Below the pieces are notes generated by a model. That model saw only the letters and a list, made by a program, of their open reading frames with translations, was not told where the DNA came from and ran no database searches. Positions 1-11,306 of a DNA stretch of 64,000 nt are shown one piece after another. This DNA is from Vitrella brassicaformis CCMP3155 (lineage: Eukaryota > Protista > Chromerida): the NCBI GenBank assembly GCA_001179505.1, contig CDMY01000887.1, positions 62,001 through 126,000 of the forward strand, read 5' to 3'. A program made the position numbers and the translations under genes. Position 1 is the first letter of the stretch, and every line of letters begins with the position of its first letter.

Positions 1-1624
1 ATGACTCACTCCATTTGTGTCAATCAAGTGACGCCACTGACCAAACACAGCATCGGAAAAAAGCCATAGTACACGCCTGTCGTGCATTCAACCGCTTTGC
101 TCACCTTTCTGTCTGTAAAGTGGCTTGCAGGATGGCAGAACACCTCATATTCCGATGTCCATGTATGGAAGGGCTCCTGTGTCTGCTCTCTCAACACGAA
201 GACACTCACTGCCGTTGGCGGAGGCACCGATATTTCGCTCTGCTGCTGAAATGGGGTATCTTCTATCTCTTCTTTCCTCGTCTCTCGCCTTAAATGCCGT
301 CTTGGCTGCCGTTGGGTTTTTCTCTTCTTGTTGTCGGCCTTTTGCGTGTGCTCGATGTGGCTCTGCATGAGGAGAACATCAAGCTGCTCCAGGCGCTGCT
401 CCTCCCTCCTTTGCTTGTTCGACAGCCTCTGGTGTCTCTTGGTCCCCACAGTGGCTCGAGACAGGCGCTTGGCCGTCTTGCTGTGCCTTTGCTGCTCAAT
501 CTCGTTCAGGAACGCCTGAGTGAAAGCGTCTGCTTTCTCATGTCCGCCTCTCCTTCGTGACTCTCGGATGACCACCAGAGCATGTTTGATCGCTGATGGA
601 TGGTCTCCTGCGTCCGAGTGCTTCTTTCGTGCGGCTCTTGTTGGGCAGAGAGCGTTGTACAGAAGGAAGAGCGGCAGCAACGGCAGGAGGACGAGTCGCG
701 ATGTTGTCAAGTAAACAGGGCTGATAGTGAAGCAACCCTGAAGGAGACGCGAAAAGTGTCATTTTGCTTGTGTTCTGTGCCTACTACTTCAGTGGACGTC
801 CAAAGAATGTACTCACAAGGAATCTGATTTCGGGCATGAGGACACAAAGACCACTTGCGAAGCCTTCCCTCCTCTCCAGGGTGTCACGAAAAAAATATGG
901 CAGGCGATCCTCAATCGGCAGCCAATCCTTGCGATCCTACATGGGCATACAAGACGACACATGTATGTGCACGTACGTATTCTTCGCCAGACACGTCCAA
1001 AAAAATTACTCACTCGCAGCGACAGCGCCATCACGGGGACGATGAGAAAGGCGCACGAAAGGGCGACGAACAAGAGGCCGATGTCGCCTGTGGACATAAG
1101 CGGTCGATGCATACAAGTAACAGGTGTACATACATTCTTGGCCCAGCATACGTACCCGCCTTCAGCATAGTCAGCAGAACTTCCGGGTCGAAGATCAGAA
1201 GTGGGTTGCCAGCCTTTTGCTCGTGGGCGGGATACAATGCAGCCGCGAAGGTCGAAAGATGATTACACGTACACTGGCAGAACCAGGACGCAAAGATGTT
1301 CGCACTCATTTGTCGATGCACGTGCAAAACGGACCTGAATTGATTCATTGTTCGCCGACGCGTCGCAATGAGCATCGATGTACTGCTCGGCTTGTTCATC
1401 CCACTGCATGCAGAATGGTTGTCCCCTCCTAACTTGAGCAGTCGCGTTTCCGCAAGGAAATGTCAACACCACCGAGGCGTTGCCTAAGTCGTGTAGTTTG
1501 GTCTTGTCTCTCCACAAGTCGACAGTGATGGCTGTGTCGAGAATCAAGGCGTCTGCGGGGGTGTGTTTCGCCGAATACGGGTTTGTGGGGAGCTCCATTA
1601 TTATGGCCTGGGTAGCATAAGTCA
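1..1624. repeat. Paralogous segment, copy 1 (matches 62402-64000 in direct orientation)
   Basis: Position 1 atgactcactccatttgtgtcaatcaagtgacgccactga equals 62402. The two are colinear to the window end, with exons highly similar and introns more diverged. Confidence 0.97.
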
Positions 1625-4600
1625 AGCTTTGAGGAGACAGGAAGACGCGTCTCTACAGACAAAAACCCATATCGCAGAGACATTGTGTGGATGTGTTTCA
1701 GTCTGTGCCTTACTCATTCCATGCCTCACCCTCTTGATGCCGTTCGTCTTGTTGTCGTCTTTCAAAACCATGCATTTGATCGAAAAGTTGCCGTCTGCAT
1801 GCTCGTATTCTAATGAGTAATCCCTAGACACACACACACACGCGTTCCAGTGTGAACGTGTGTCGTACCCCTTACCTGGCGAGTGTACTGATGTCTTCGT
1901 ACACCGTGTTCTGCAGCGGATCCGAAATACACCGTATAGAGGAATGATTGACAGGCCACATTCTTCCTTTACCATGAGGGACAATGCGTTAGTGGCATCA
2001 GTTCCATTGCCATTTCTGGCATCAGTAGCATTGTTAAAGACGTTTTCCACCACGGCTTTCACCACACGAGCCGAAATTTTCAGCTGAAGCTTGGCGCTGG
2101 TGTGGTCAGTCGGCAAAACTACAGTTGTCAGCTTGCCAAGGAAGTCCATCAGCTCATCCTGTTCAAAGTCGCTGTTGGCAGCCTTATCGGCGAGGTCCTC
2201 CAACGCTTGGACGACAACAATTTGATCCTCTGGGCTGCTGTGGGGATTGGCCGAATCAAGAAGCTCGTCCAGGTCTTTCTCAAGCTCTTGGCCGCTTTCC
2301 TCTTCCGTCTTGTTTTCTCTCATAGTATTATTGGCACTCAAGTCCAAAGAGACTATTACTGTGGTGTTCGGACAGATCGGCTGTGCCTCGGTCGCCGCAC
2401 AACGTCCCAATATCGCCGGAACGTCGTCATGTGTAGCGCACGAGAGATAGCACGTGCTGTTCAGCGCATCGATGACCATTGCCAGAATCAAATACTCCCC
2501 GTCTTCGAGAAACACCCGCAAAGATGGCTCGCGGCGCCTGTAGGACAGCAGCTTGATTGGCTTTGTCCTCTTTGGGTCTGTCACGAAAACGCTGTAGGTC
2601 TCTCTGCCGATTGACCTTGCGCAAGGGTCAATCTCCCAGCCATGTTGCTCGATCTGGACTTCCCCGTCGCGCATAAAAGCCCGCACCTCTCCAGCTACCG
2701 GGGATAGAGTTGCTCGTATGTTAGTGGTCCAGTCATTAGTCTGCACATGATAGACCCAGCCGGGCTGCAGCTGCCCCGCAGGGATGGTTCCATTAGGAAA
2801 AGAGATCTGCTCTGTGAAGACCTGCACTGCTTGTTGACGCTTGTAGGATACGAGAGGGGTCAGAGTGATGTTAGAGTCCCTATTGAGACGCACCGTCGCA
2901 TGAGACGATACCGGCAGCTCGATGGAGCGGTCGATCTTGCGAAAGGATAGTTGTGAGCCGTCCGTAATTGTGACTGCGCCACCAATAACGCTCCCTCTGC
3001 TCAGCTCTTGAAAAGCTTCCACCGCAATGGCGTAGATGCCCTCTTTTGTACCATTAAGCCTGTAAGTATCCCGTCTCTCAGTGAAGGAGGCAACATGAGT
3101 TGCAACGGTGGCAAGAGGTGCACTTGCTTCAATCAACGAGTTGCTCAAGCAATCGTACAGCGGCACATCGGCAACCAGCGCGCGACGCAGAAGCTGAGGG
3201 GCCGATAGATAAGGCATCGTGCGAGTTGCCGATACTGCAAAGACCTCGACGTCCGAGTCAGTGATGAGGGGCATCCACACACAGTACCAATCTATGTAGA
3301 TTGGTCGCACCGCGTCCTGCGGCTCGATGTCCAGAACAAGCATGAGATCGTGCGACAATGACAGCGAGAGGGCCGGTGCGTCGTACTTATCGATCTTGAC
3401 AAAGAATGATGACTGTCTGTTGCAAGTTGGTGACGAGACATTCGCAGTGACGTTGAACACGCGCCCAATGTCTTGGTCTGTAATGTTTCTCAGCAGGGTA
3501 GATCCATTGCGGCCATCTGGCAGCCACATAACTGATCCGCCTTGTGGAGTCCCCACATCTAAGCGTATCTGTCGCATACGAGATGCACAGAGACATCAAT
3601 GTATGCGCTCCGGAAACCCCTTGTACCTGCTCTGTTGGTTTGAACGTATGCATTCTGTGATCGACTGCGGCAGCCGGCTCCTCGCAGCACGTGCCATTGA
3701 GCAAGGTGATTTGCACACGCTTTATTGTGGATACACCTATATAATTCTTAGCCTCCACAGATAAGAGCAGTGGCTCCATGCTAATCCGATAGACTTCAGC
3801 CAGCAATGAGCGGCTGATCACGAGAGTTGTAGCTGACACGTTCAACCCTGCAACACAAGATCGGCGAGTCGTTGTTTCGTCTGTTGCCTTTTCTGAGCTG
3901 TCTCACTACCTGAGGCGTCAGTCAGTATGTCGGTGAGCGATTCACACGCCCCTTTCGGCTCTTCGCAGTCAAAGTGATAGTCAATCTGCCGACCACCACC
4001 ACCGCTCACATACACGTCAACGTGCAAACTTCCCCTCCCGCAGAGTGCAAATGATTGTGGCGCGATGACTCGGATGGATGGGAGGATGCTGTCCGCCGTT
4101 GGCCCCACAGAATGCTTGATTTCGTCAGTCCTATTGAGCCCGCTCTTGAGCCACTCCTTGGCAATCCCCGCTTGACGTCCCGCAATGACCAGGATACACC
4201 TTCTGTCAGCTGTTGCCCACATGCAACGAGCGCCCTCACCAGAAACGTCCATGTTTGCAATAGCTGAGCAGGGATCGCTGACGTTGGCCGAGAGAGGCGC
4301 CTCGAAACAGACGTGAGACACGGCGGGGGAAAATGACGTCTCAGCCACCGTAAGGCGAGGCACAGGATAATGCGTGGTATGAGTGTCGTTTCTGCAGTGG
4401 CCGGAGCAGCCGTCTTGAGACCACAAGTTGCCGTCATCGCATTGCTCGTCTTCATCGATGACCCCGTTCCCGCATTTGGCACTCTGCGACAGTCAGCGAG
4501 GGTATGACAATGAAGTGGGACAAAGGGACGCCTTCATCTCTCGATGTCCTTACGCTGGCTGGATACACCTGGATCAGAGAGGTCGTCGCCGGCTCGATGG

Positions 4601-7600
4601 CGAAGTCACTTGGATCTGTACACGTCCCGCTGCCCACCCCACGACACAGGCACGCCTTGAAGCTTCCCGCATGTGGCAATGTCACATTCTCCCACACCAG
4701 CTGCTCGCTTGTAGATCCTTGGGGCACCGAGCAATTGACCGCCGGTAGAAAGGAGCCACACACCGTGCTTGCATCGCCGGCAATGAGGATCAATTTGTGC
4801 TTGTCTGCGTCCAAGAGGTTTTCCCTCACGAATAGCGTCATGCTTTCGCCTGCCGGAAGGGGCTCTGTCGAAGCAAGATACTCGACAGCGCTGACAATGC
4901 TATTATCTGACACAAAAACGACAAACGACAAATGAGACAAACACCGGTAGAAAGGAGCCACACACCGTGCTTGCATCGCCGGCAATGAGGATCAATTTGT
5001 GCTTGTCTGCGTCCAAGAGGTTTTCCCTCACGAATAGCGTCATGCTTTCGCCTGCCGGAAGGGGCTCTGTCGAAGCAAGATACTCGACAGCGCTGACAAT
5101 GCTATTATCTGACACAAAAACGACAAACGACAAATGAGACAAACACAGGAAAAAGTGCTCCTGCGCTGGCTCATCCATGCTCATTATCCGCTCGTCGACC
5201 ATATCTTCGCCATCGATAGTCAGTGACGCCTTATCGCACTTGCACAGACAGAGCTCGGGGGGAGTCGTGCTGATCACCGCTGTGCAGACGAGCGCGTCAT
5301 CGCAGGCAAGCGAGAATCCCTTCGGTCGGGCAGACTGGCCGCCGCACGTTGTAAGACGTAGTCGGTCCCTTCGTATATCGAAGTCCTCAGCGACGGTGAT
5401 CACTTGTACCTTTGCATTGCTCAGGGCCTTCGACGTGAAGGCAGGGGAGGACATGGAGCTCAAGCCGCAGAGACACACCAATGACAATTGTAATGAGCGA
5501 CACACCACTTCGCCATCTGACTCCGGTCCGGAAGTGGTGCTGAGTAGAGGGAAAAGGGTGGTTGCATAGGATGTCGCCTCGAAAGACGGGTGAGCGCCAG
5601 CAGCTTCTGGGACAACCGTAGTTGAGGCCTCAGTAGAAGTGGGTATAGTTCTTGTTCTCCAGGGGGTCTCCGTGCTGGGAAAAGTTGTCGTGCTGAACGA
5701 GCGAGACATGTAAGAAAATAGGCATTTCCGAGCACCTCACCTTATTATACTGACTTCAGACGCGACAGTGGAGAGAATGGGAGGCGTGAGTGTTGTGACC
5801 TACGTGAGACACAAACAGACGTGCAAAGCATGTATTTGGGCTACTCTCTCTCACTAGCATAGTGTACCACTGGTGCGGCTGTCGTGGAAAAAACGGTGCG
5901 GACGAGGGATTCGGTGTATGCATTCGTTTGTTGTGGCTCACTGTAGTTGATCTGGATTGAAGCTGGCGAGTTGCCCCTGTGTGGGGCAACGGCATCGGCC
6001 ACATGCCCGCTGCCGATCGTCACATTCACTTTGCCCTCGACTGTGGGACTCAGGTTCAGTGTTACTTGTGCTGTTCCGCACACACACAGAGGTCCATCAA
6101 GACGCGTGCCATTTACATAAGACTTAGACTTTGGCTTACATGGCTGGACGACCACATTGGAGTGCACAACTGCCGCCGTTGCCTGCTGTGCGGGATACAG
6201 CGCCTCGATGGACAGTGTGAGGTCTTCACTGATGTTGAAAGTAGTGACGTCGATGGGCACTTCAAAAGTGACATTCAGCTGCATGGGCAGCGAATCCCAC
6301 GTTGATAGGGGAGAGGAGAGGGTGACCATAGAGGGCGCCGCCGCAGAGTCTGGAAGGGATGCACAGCAGGTGTACACACAGAGGGACTGGGTCTACGTGT
6401 ACCGTAAGCCATTGTCAAGTTGGTGTTGGGATTTGGGTTTCCATACGCGTCCTGCGTAGTAATGATGTGCAAAAACATCCATATTTGTAAGTGCACAGAT
6501 GGTTGTGGATGTCCACTGTACCTTCACAATGCCCTGCATGACGGTCAGCTGCAGGTGGGTCATCCTCTCGCCGCCATTCGGCGGGTCGGGCATTATCTCC
6601 GCCTCATAGAGTGTGTTGTCGCCTTCCACCGGCCTGCACACGTGAGCACTGGTCACACTGATGTGGGGATGCATGCGTGTACCTCATGTCAATGAGATTG
6701 CCGTTGGTCACGAAAGACTGCTGGTCGTCCGTCGCGAAGCCAGCTGACACAGGCTCCCCAAAATCGATTGTTAGAAGGATCGGCGTGTCCCAATAGACGG
6801 GGAGGGGGTTCACGATCGATGGGACGGGGAGTCCCGACTTGTAGTAGCATTGACGGGTGGTGTCTCCATCAGCCGAGTTGATGAGCGAATAGTAAAGGCG
6901 ACACTCCGGCTCTTACCAACGTCTGGTATGTTCGATAGCAGTACAACGCTTGTACACACATCTCTCATCTATTGCATCACCGTGTGTGTGTCCATCAGCA
7001 AAGGTACCTGTCTTTAATGCACTCAACTGAGCATGACTCCCGCCTCTGCCAGTCAAAAGTAGCGTCAGTCCAGGAGCTTACATTTGCAAGAGCGTAAGGC
7101 TCTTCCTGGCCATTGTGGCGACACGTGCCATTAAGCTTGTTCGCTGCATATTCGCATCTGTAAGCGTCTTCAATCACGGATTTTCCTGTAAGACATACCG
7201 CCAGTCTGTGCGGTGCCGTCCTTTCTCCTCTGGATGCACATTGCGTTGGGCGAGGTGACGTTGTCTGGCTTGGCCACGCTATGGTGAATCTCACATGTCC
7301 TCTCGCTATCTGTCTGCACACAGGCACACACACATGTACGCTTCTCGATAACTGCCACAGGTGCGCCTCACCGAGAGCTGAAATCCTGAGCACACGACGC
7401 TCGACAGACAAAGGACAGCACATTCATGCTTTCTCGCTGTGTCATCCTCAGGGATGGTCGAATTCAGCGTGTAGCCATGAAGGAATGAACTGTTCGTGTA
7501 CCTGCACAGAGGCCGGAGACCATGCATGTCTCTATCGATCGGTCTGTGAGCCTGTGAGTCTTACAAGAACACCCTTGCTGGTTGTGGTGACCCATCTTCT

Positions 7601-7856
7601 CTTGTTGCGTTGTTGATGCACTCAGTGTCTGGGTTGTCCTCTGCAGACACATGCGGTCATACACAGTAGTCAGACATGGTAGTGAGGGCTTTCTTACTGA
7701 ATTCATCCTCCCACTTCGAGCCTGTGGCGTTGCCTGCAGTGCAAACATGACCAAACGATGCAGCGTCACCACATGCTACATAGACCTTGCGTCCCGTGTG
7801 GACTGCTGACATGGCGTCCACAGCAAGAGAATGAGAACCGCAAGAACGGACGGCAT
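1..7856 (-). CDS. Polycystin-1/PKDREJ-like multidomain receptor, copy A (multi-exon, 3' end outside the window)
   Basis: ATG at 7856 gives a signal peptide (MPSVLAVLILLLWTPCQQS). It is followed by a PAN-like Cys pattern (CSVEC...CRLYYS...CYYK, ~6840-7040), Ig-like segments (LLTIDFGEPVSAGF; VTLNLSPTVEGKVNVTI) and a Thr-rich linker (~5560-5700). Next come a myxococcal Cys-rich/DUF4215 repeat (CGNGVIDEDEQCDDGNLWSQDGCSGHC, 4394-4474), a REJ-like region (SGGGGRQIDYHF; LSVEAKNYIGVS; 651-aa ORF 1622-3577), a GPS motif (CMQWD...HCDAS...CTCNHLSTFA, 1246-1415) and a TM helix (IGLLFVALSCAFLIVPVMAL). Confidence 0.8.
4742..5146. repeat. Exact 202-bp tandem duplication (acceptor site plus exon part)
   Basis: 4742-4943 is repeated at 4944-5145 (ccggtagaaaggagccaca...aatgagacaaaca). 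I saw no mismatch. Confidence 0.95.
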
Positions 7857-8353
7857 CTTTTAGGAGACCTCGACTGCGGTCAAGAGGGCCAACTTGAAGT
7901 GTGTTGAGGTTGAGATGGCTCGTCGTGACCGCTTCTCATGGTGGGGAGAGTGTGGGCCTCAAACAGGGATAATCTCGCACGACGAGTGCCCCCCACCTTT
8001 TTTTCCCCCCTCTCCGCCTCACAAGGACACACCCACCGCATAGACCACATAGAGAGTGGGCCAACCACGCAAGTTCATGTACATGTAGGAATGCGCCCCT
8101 TCCCTTTTTACGTCGACAATGAGTTCGATCCCATGGTGAATCGCTCCCCGACCTCCTCCTTCTCCTTGGGCCTTTCTCCTTTCCCCTTCTCCCCTCTCCT
8201 TGCACCTCAGAAGCCACCTCCTCACAAACGGTGGGCCAACACACACAAGGGGGGCCCGCACATCTGCCATTTTATCGTGTTTGCTCAAACAGCCTTCCCG
8301 CCGAGGCCGGCTGCCCTTCTCTCTTCAGCTCATCTCTCCAGCAAGCACACAGA

Positions 8354-10588
8354 ATGAGCCCCGTGAGCTTTGCCGACAAAGAAAGGGCGCTGGGTCGTCT
8401 GTGTGTATTGGCTTCGTGCCTTTTGTTTGTTGTCAGCCGCCGCCCGAAGGCGAGAAGGAGGTAGAGTCGATTCCTGGCGCCGACGTGCCCATCGAGGTCA
8501 CCAAGGCAAGCAGATAACGAACGCCCACACGCGCTGCCAGGGCCATTTTCACTTGTGTCTCTTAATTGTGTCCGCTTGTCGGTTTGTCTGTCAGGATTTC
8601 GACATTTTGGGTCAGGTGTCGTCCAAGGAGCTGCTGCACTGGGTGGAGAACGGCAAGTACAGATCCGTCATCAACCTGTGCGGGTCAGTGTCGGCCGGAG
8701 GGACATACGGATGGCTCCTTTCCTGCTCGCTGTTGTGCTGGTATGTGTGCATCGGTGTGTGTTGCGTCTATCTGCAGGCCCGAGGAGGAGTGTTCGCTGC
8801 CGTGCTCCTTCCCGGCCAAATGCAAGGTTCCCTGCGTCCGAGCCCAGGGTGAGGACGTGGCATCGTCGATAGGAGTTCGACGCATTATCGCGTGTGTGTG
8901 ATGCCTGGCTGCAGTGGATCATCAGAAGCTGTCATTTGTACGCCGAGCCGCCCCACCGGGACACCACTGACACAGACAGACAGACAGACAGCGCGTCCCC
9001 TCACCCTGTCGTGTGTGCAGGGTTTGGCTATGCGTCTGCTGGCGACGCTGGAGAGCGCCCCTCTGCCAGCCCTCATCCAGTGCCACTCCAACTACCGCGC
9101 CAGTGCCGTTGCCATGCTCTACATCGCCACTCACCCTCCTGCTGACAGCGACATCTCCGGCCCCGGGAGCTTGAAGGGCTGGATGTCCATGGACGACGCC
9201 ATGAAGTGGGCCAAGGAGCACAAGCTGCCCTTCCTGGAGCCTGACAAGGAGCACCTCGTGCAGTGGGTCAAGGTCAGTCTGCTGATTATGGGTGGAAAGA
9301 AAAGTGGTCATGTATGGGGACTGTGTGTGCGTGTGTGTGTGTGTGTGTGTGTTTGTCAGAACTTCCTGGCTGCCCGCTCGGTGGATCTGAAGCGCGAGGG
9401 TGACCTGTTTTTCCGTCAGGAAAGTAGCACCATCAAGGGGTCTGTCTGTGTGGGCGAGAGAGAATGGACGCGCGCCTTTCCTTCTTCCTTCGTGTGCAGT
9501 TGTTTGACCGCGAGTCGTGCACGTACAGCTACGTGCTGGCCGACCCCACGACGCGCGAGGCCATCATCATCGATCCCGTGCTGGAGATGCTCGACAGAGA
9601 TCTGGAGCTCCTCAACGAGCACGGACTGATACTCAAATACGCCCTCAACACACACGTGGTGAGTAGGCCCGTACGTTGGTGTGTATGGCAGACAGACAGA
9701 CAGACCGAACAACACATAGACTCTCATTCATGGGATGGATGTGCTGTGTTCCTGCCTTCCTTCTCTCCCCTTTCGTTTGTCCTTTTGCTTGTTTGTCGTC
9801 AGCACGCCGACCATGTGACGAGCACCGGCAAGATGAAGACCCGCCTGGATGGCTTCAAGAGTGTGCTCTCCGGCACCTACAAGACCGCCATTTCCGACGT
9901 CAAAGTGCAGCACGGCGACTCCCTCTACTTCGGGGATCGGTTCGTGGAGTGCCGCGCCACCCCTGGACACACCGACGGGTGCCTGACATACGTCCTCGAC
10001 GACCACTCCATGGCCTTCACGGGCGACGCTCTGCTCATCCGGGGCTGCGGCAGAACTGACTTCCAGGTGTGCAAGTGTCGGTGAGTGTGAGGTGTGGATG
10101 CCATCCATGTCTGTGGGTGTCCGCAGAGTGGCGACGCTGCCCTGCTGTACAAGAGCGTGTGGGAGCAGATCTTCTCTCTCCCACAATGCTGCAAGTTGTA
10201 CCCGGGACACGACTACAAGGTCAGACAGACAGACAGACAGACAGTCTCTGAACGCCATCTGCTCGATTGCCAAAAGAGTGTGTGTGTGTGTGTGATGGTG
10301 TGCCTTCCTTACAGGGCCGTCAGGTGAGCAGTGTGTGGGAGGAGATCCGGTTCAACACGCGGCTGACCAAGACCAAGGACGAGTTCATCCACCTCATGAA
10401 CACCCTCGGCCTGCCCAAACCAGCCAAGATCGACATTGTGAGGGAGGGAGGATGGCCCGGCCCGCAACGAAGAAAGACAACACATCTCACCAAGCACTCA
10501 TGTGGGCGTGACCGTTGTGAATGTGCTTTGTGTCTGATGTCTGCAGGCCGTCCCCGCCAACCTCAAGTGCGGCATACAGGACGAGTGA
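8354..10588 (+). CDS. ETHE1: Persulfide dioxygenase (ETHE1-type) with N-terminal DUF442-like sulfurtransferase domain, multi-exon
   Basis: Spliced reading: LFFRQ|LFDRESCTYSYVLAD...IIDPV...YALNTHV|HADHVT...TPGHTDGC...FTGDALLIRGCGRTDFQ|SGDA...LYPGHDYK|GRQVSSVWEEIRFNTRL...PAKIDI|AVPANLKCGIQDE*. This is the metallo-beta-lactamase ETHE1 signature. The N-terminal exons give MSP|PPPEGEK...EVTK|DFDILGQVSSKEL...YRSVINLC...PALIQCHSNYRA, using a GC-AG intron after EVTK. Confidence 0.92.
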
Positions 10589-11306
10589 GCGAAACCTTTT
10601 TGTGTGGCTGGCTGCTTCCCACAAGGAAGGGGGCGCCGACACAGACAGACAGACAGACAGATGCCGCAGCCAGCCGTAGAGAGTTTTTCCGTCGAGCATA
10701 CACACGCACACTCACGGACTCCGCCCGCATTTGATCTTTCCTGTGAGGGTGTTTATTTTTTGTATGTGTTGCCAAATGGTGGGGTGGCTGCTGATTGAGT
10801 GAGTGGTCTGCAAATGAAGCAAGCGGTCGGTGACGGTATAACATTTGGTGAAACGAAAGGGGACATGCTGTGCTGTGTGTGCCGGGTGGGCCGCGCAGTG
10901 GTACTGGAAATTCAATGTAGATTGAGAGGCTTGTGGCTGAATGTCGGCGCCTGCATGGATGATCACCGCTCGCGAGCACGTGAGGCGCCACTAACGCCAG
11001 CGAGATGCATGTTAACAGTGTTAAGCATGCACTGCATGTGTCCATCTTTGCGGAGTCGCCATTTCGTCATGTCCACTCGTCGACGTTTGAAAGCGATAGA
11101 TACTTGGTGGCCAGACATGTATACGTATGCACACATAGCTCCCCCTTCGCAGCTTAGCTTTCTTTGGTTGCAACAAGCTATCCACACAAACACACGCATT
11201 GCATTGCAAGGCACGCCGGAGCAAAGCATCCAAAACAGCAAGCCACAAAACTCATCGATGGCACATCTCTCTGCCCGTCTGTCTGTCTGCCTGCCTGCCT
11301 GTCCAT

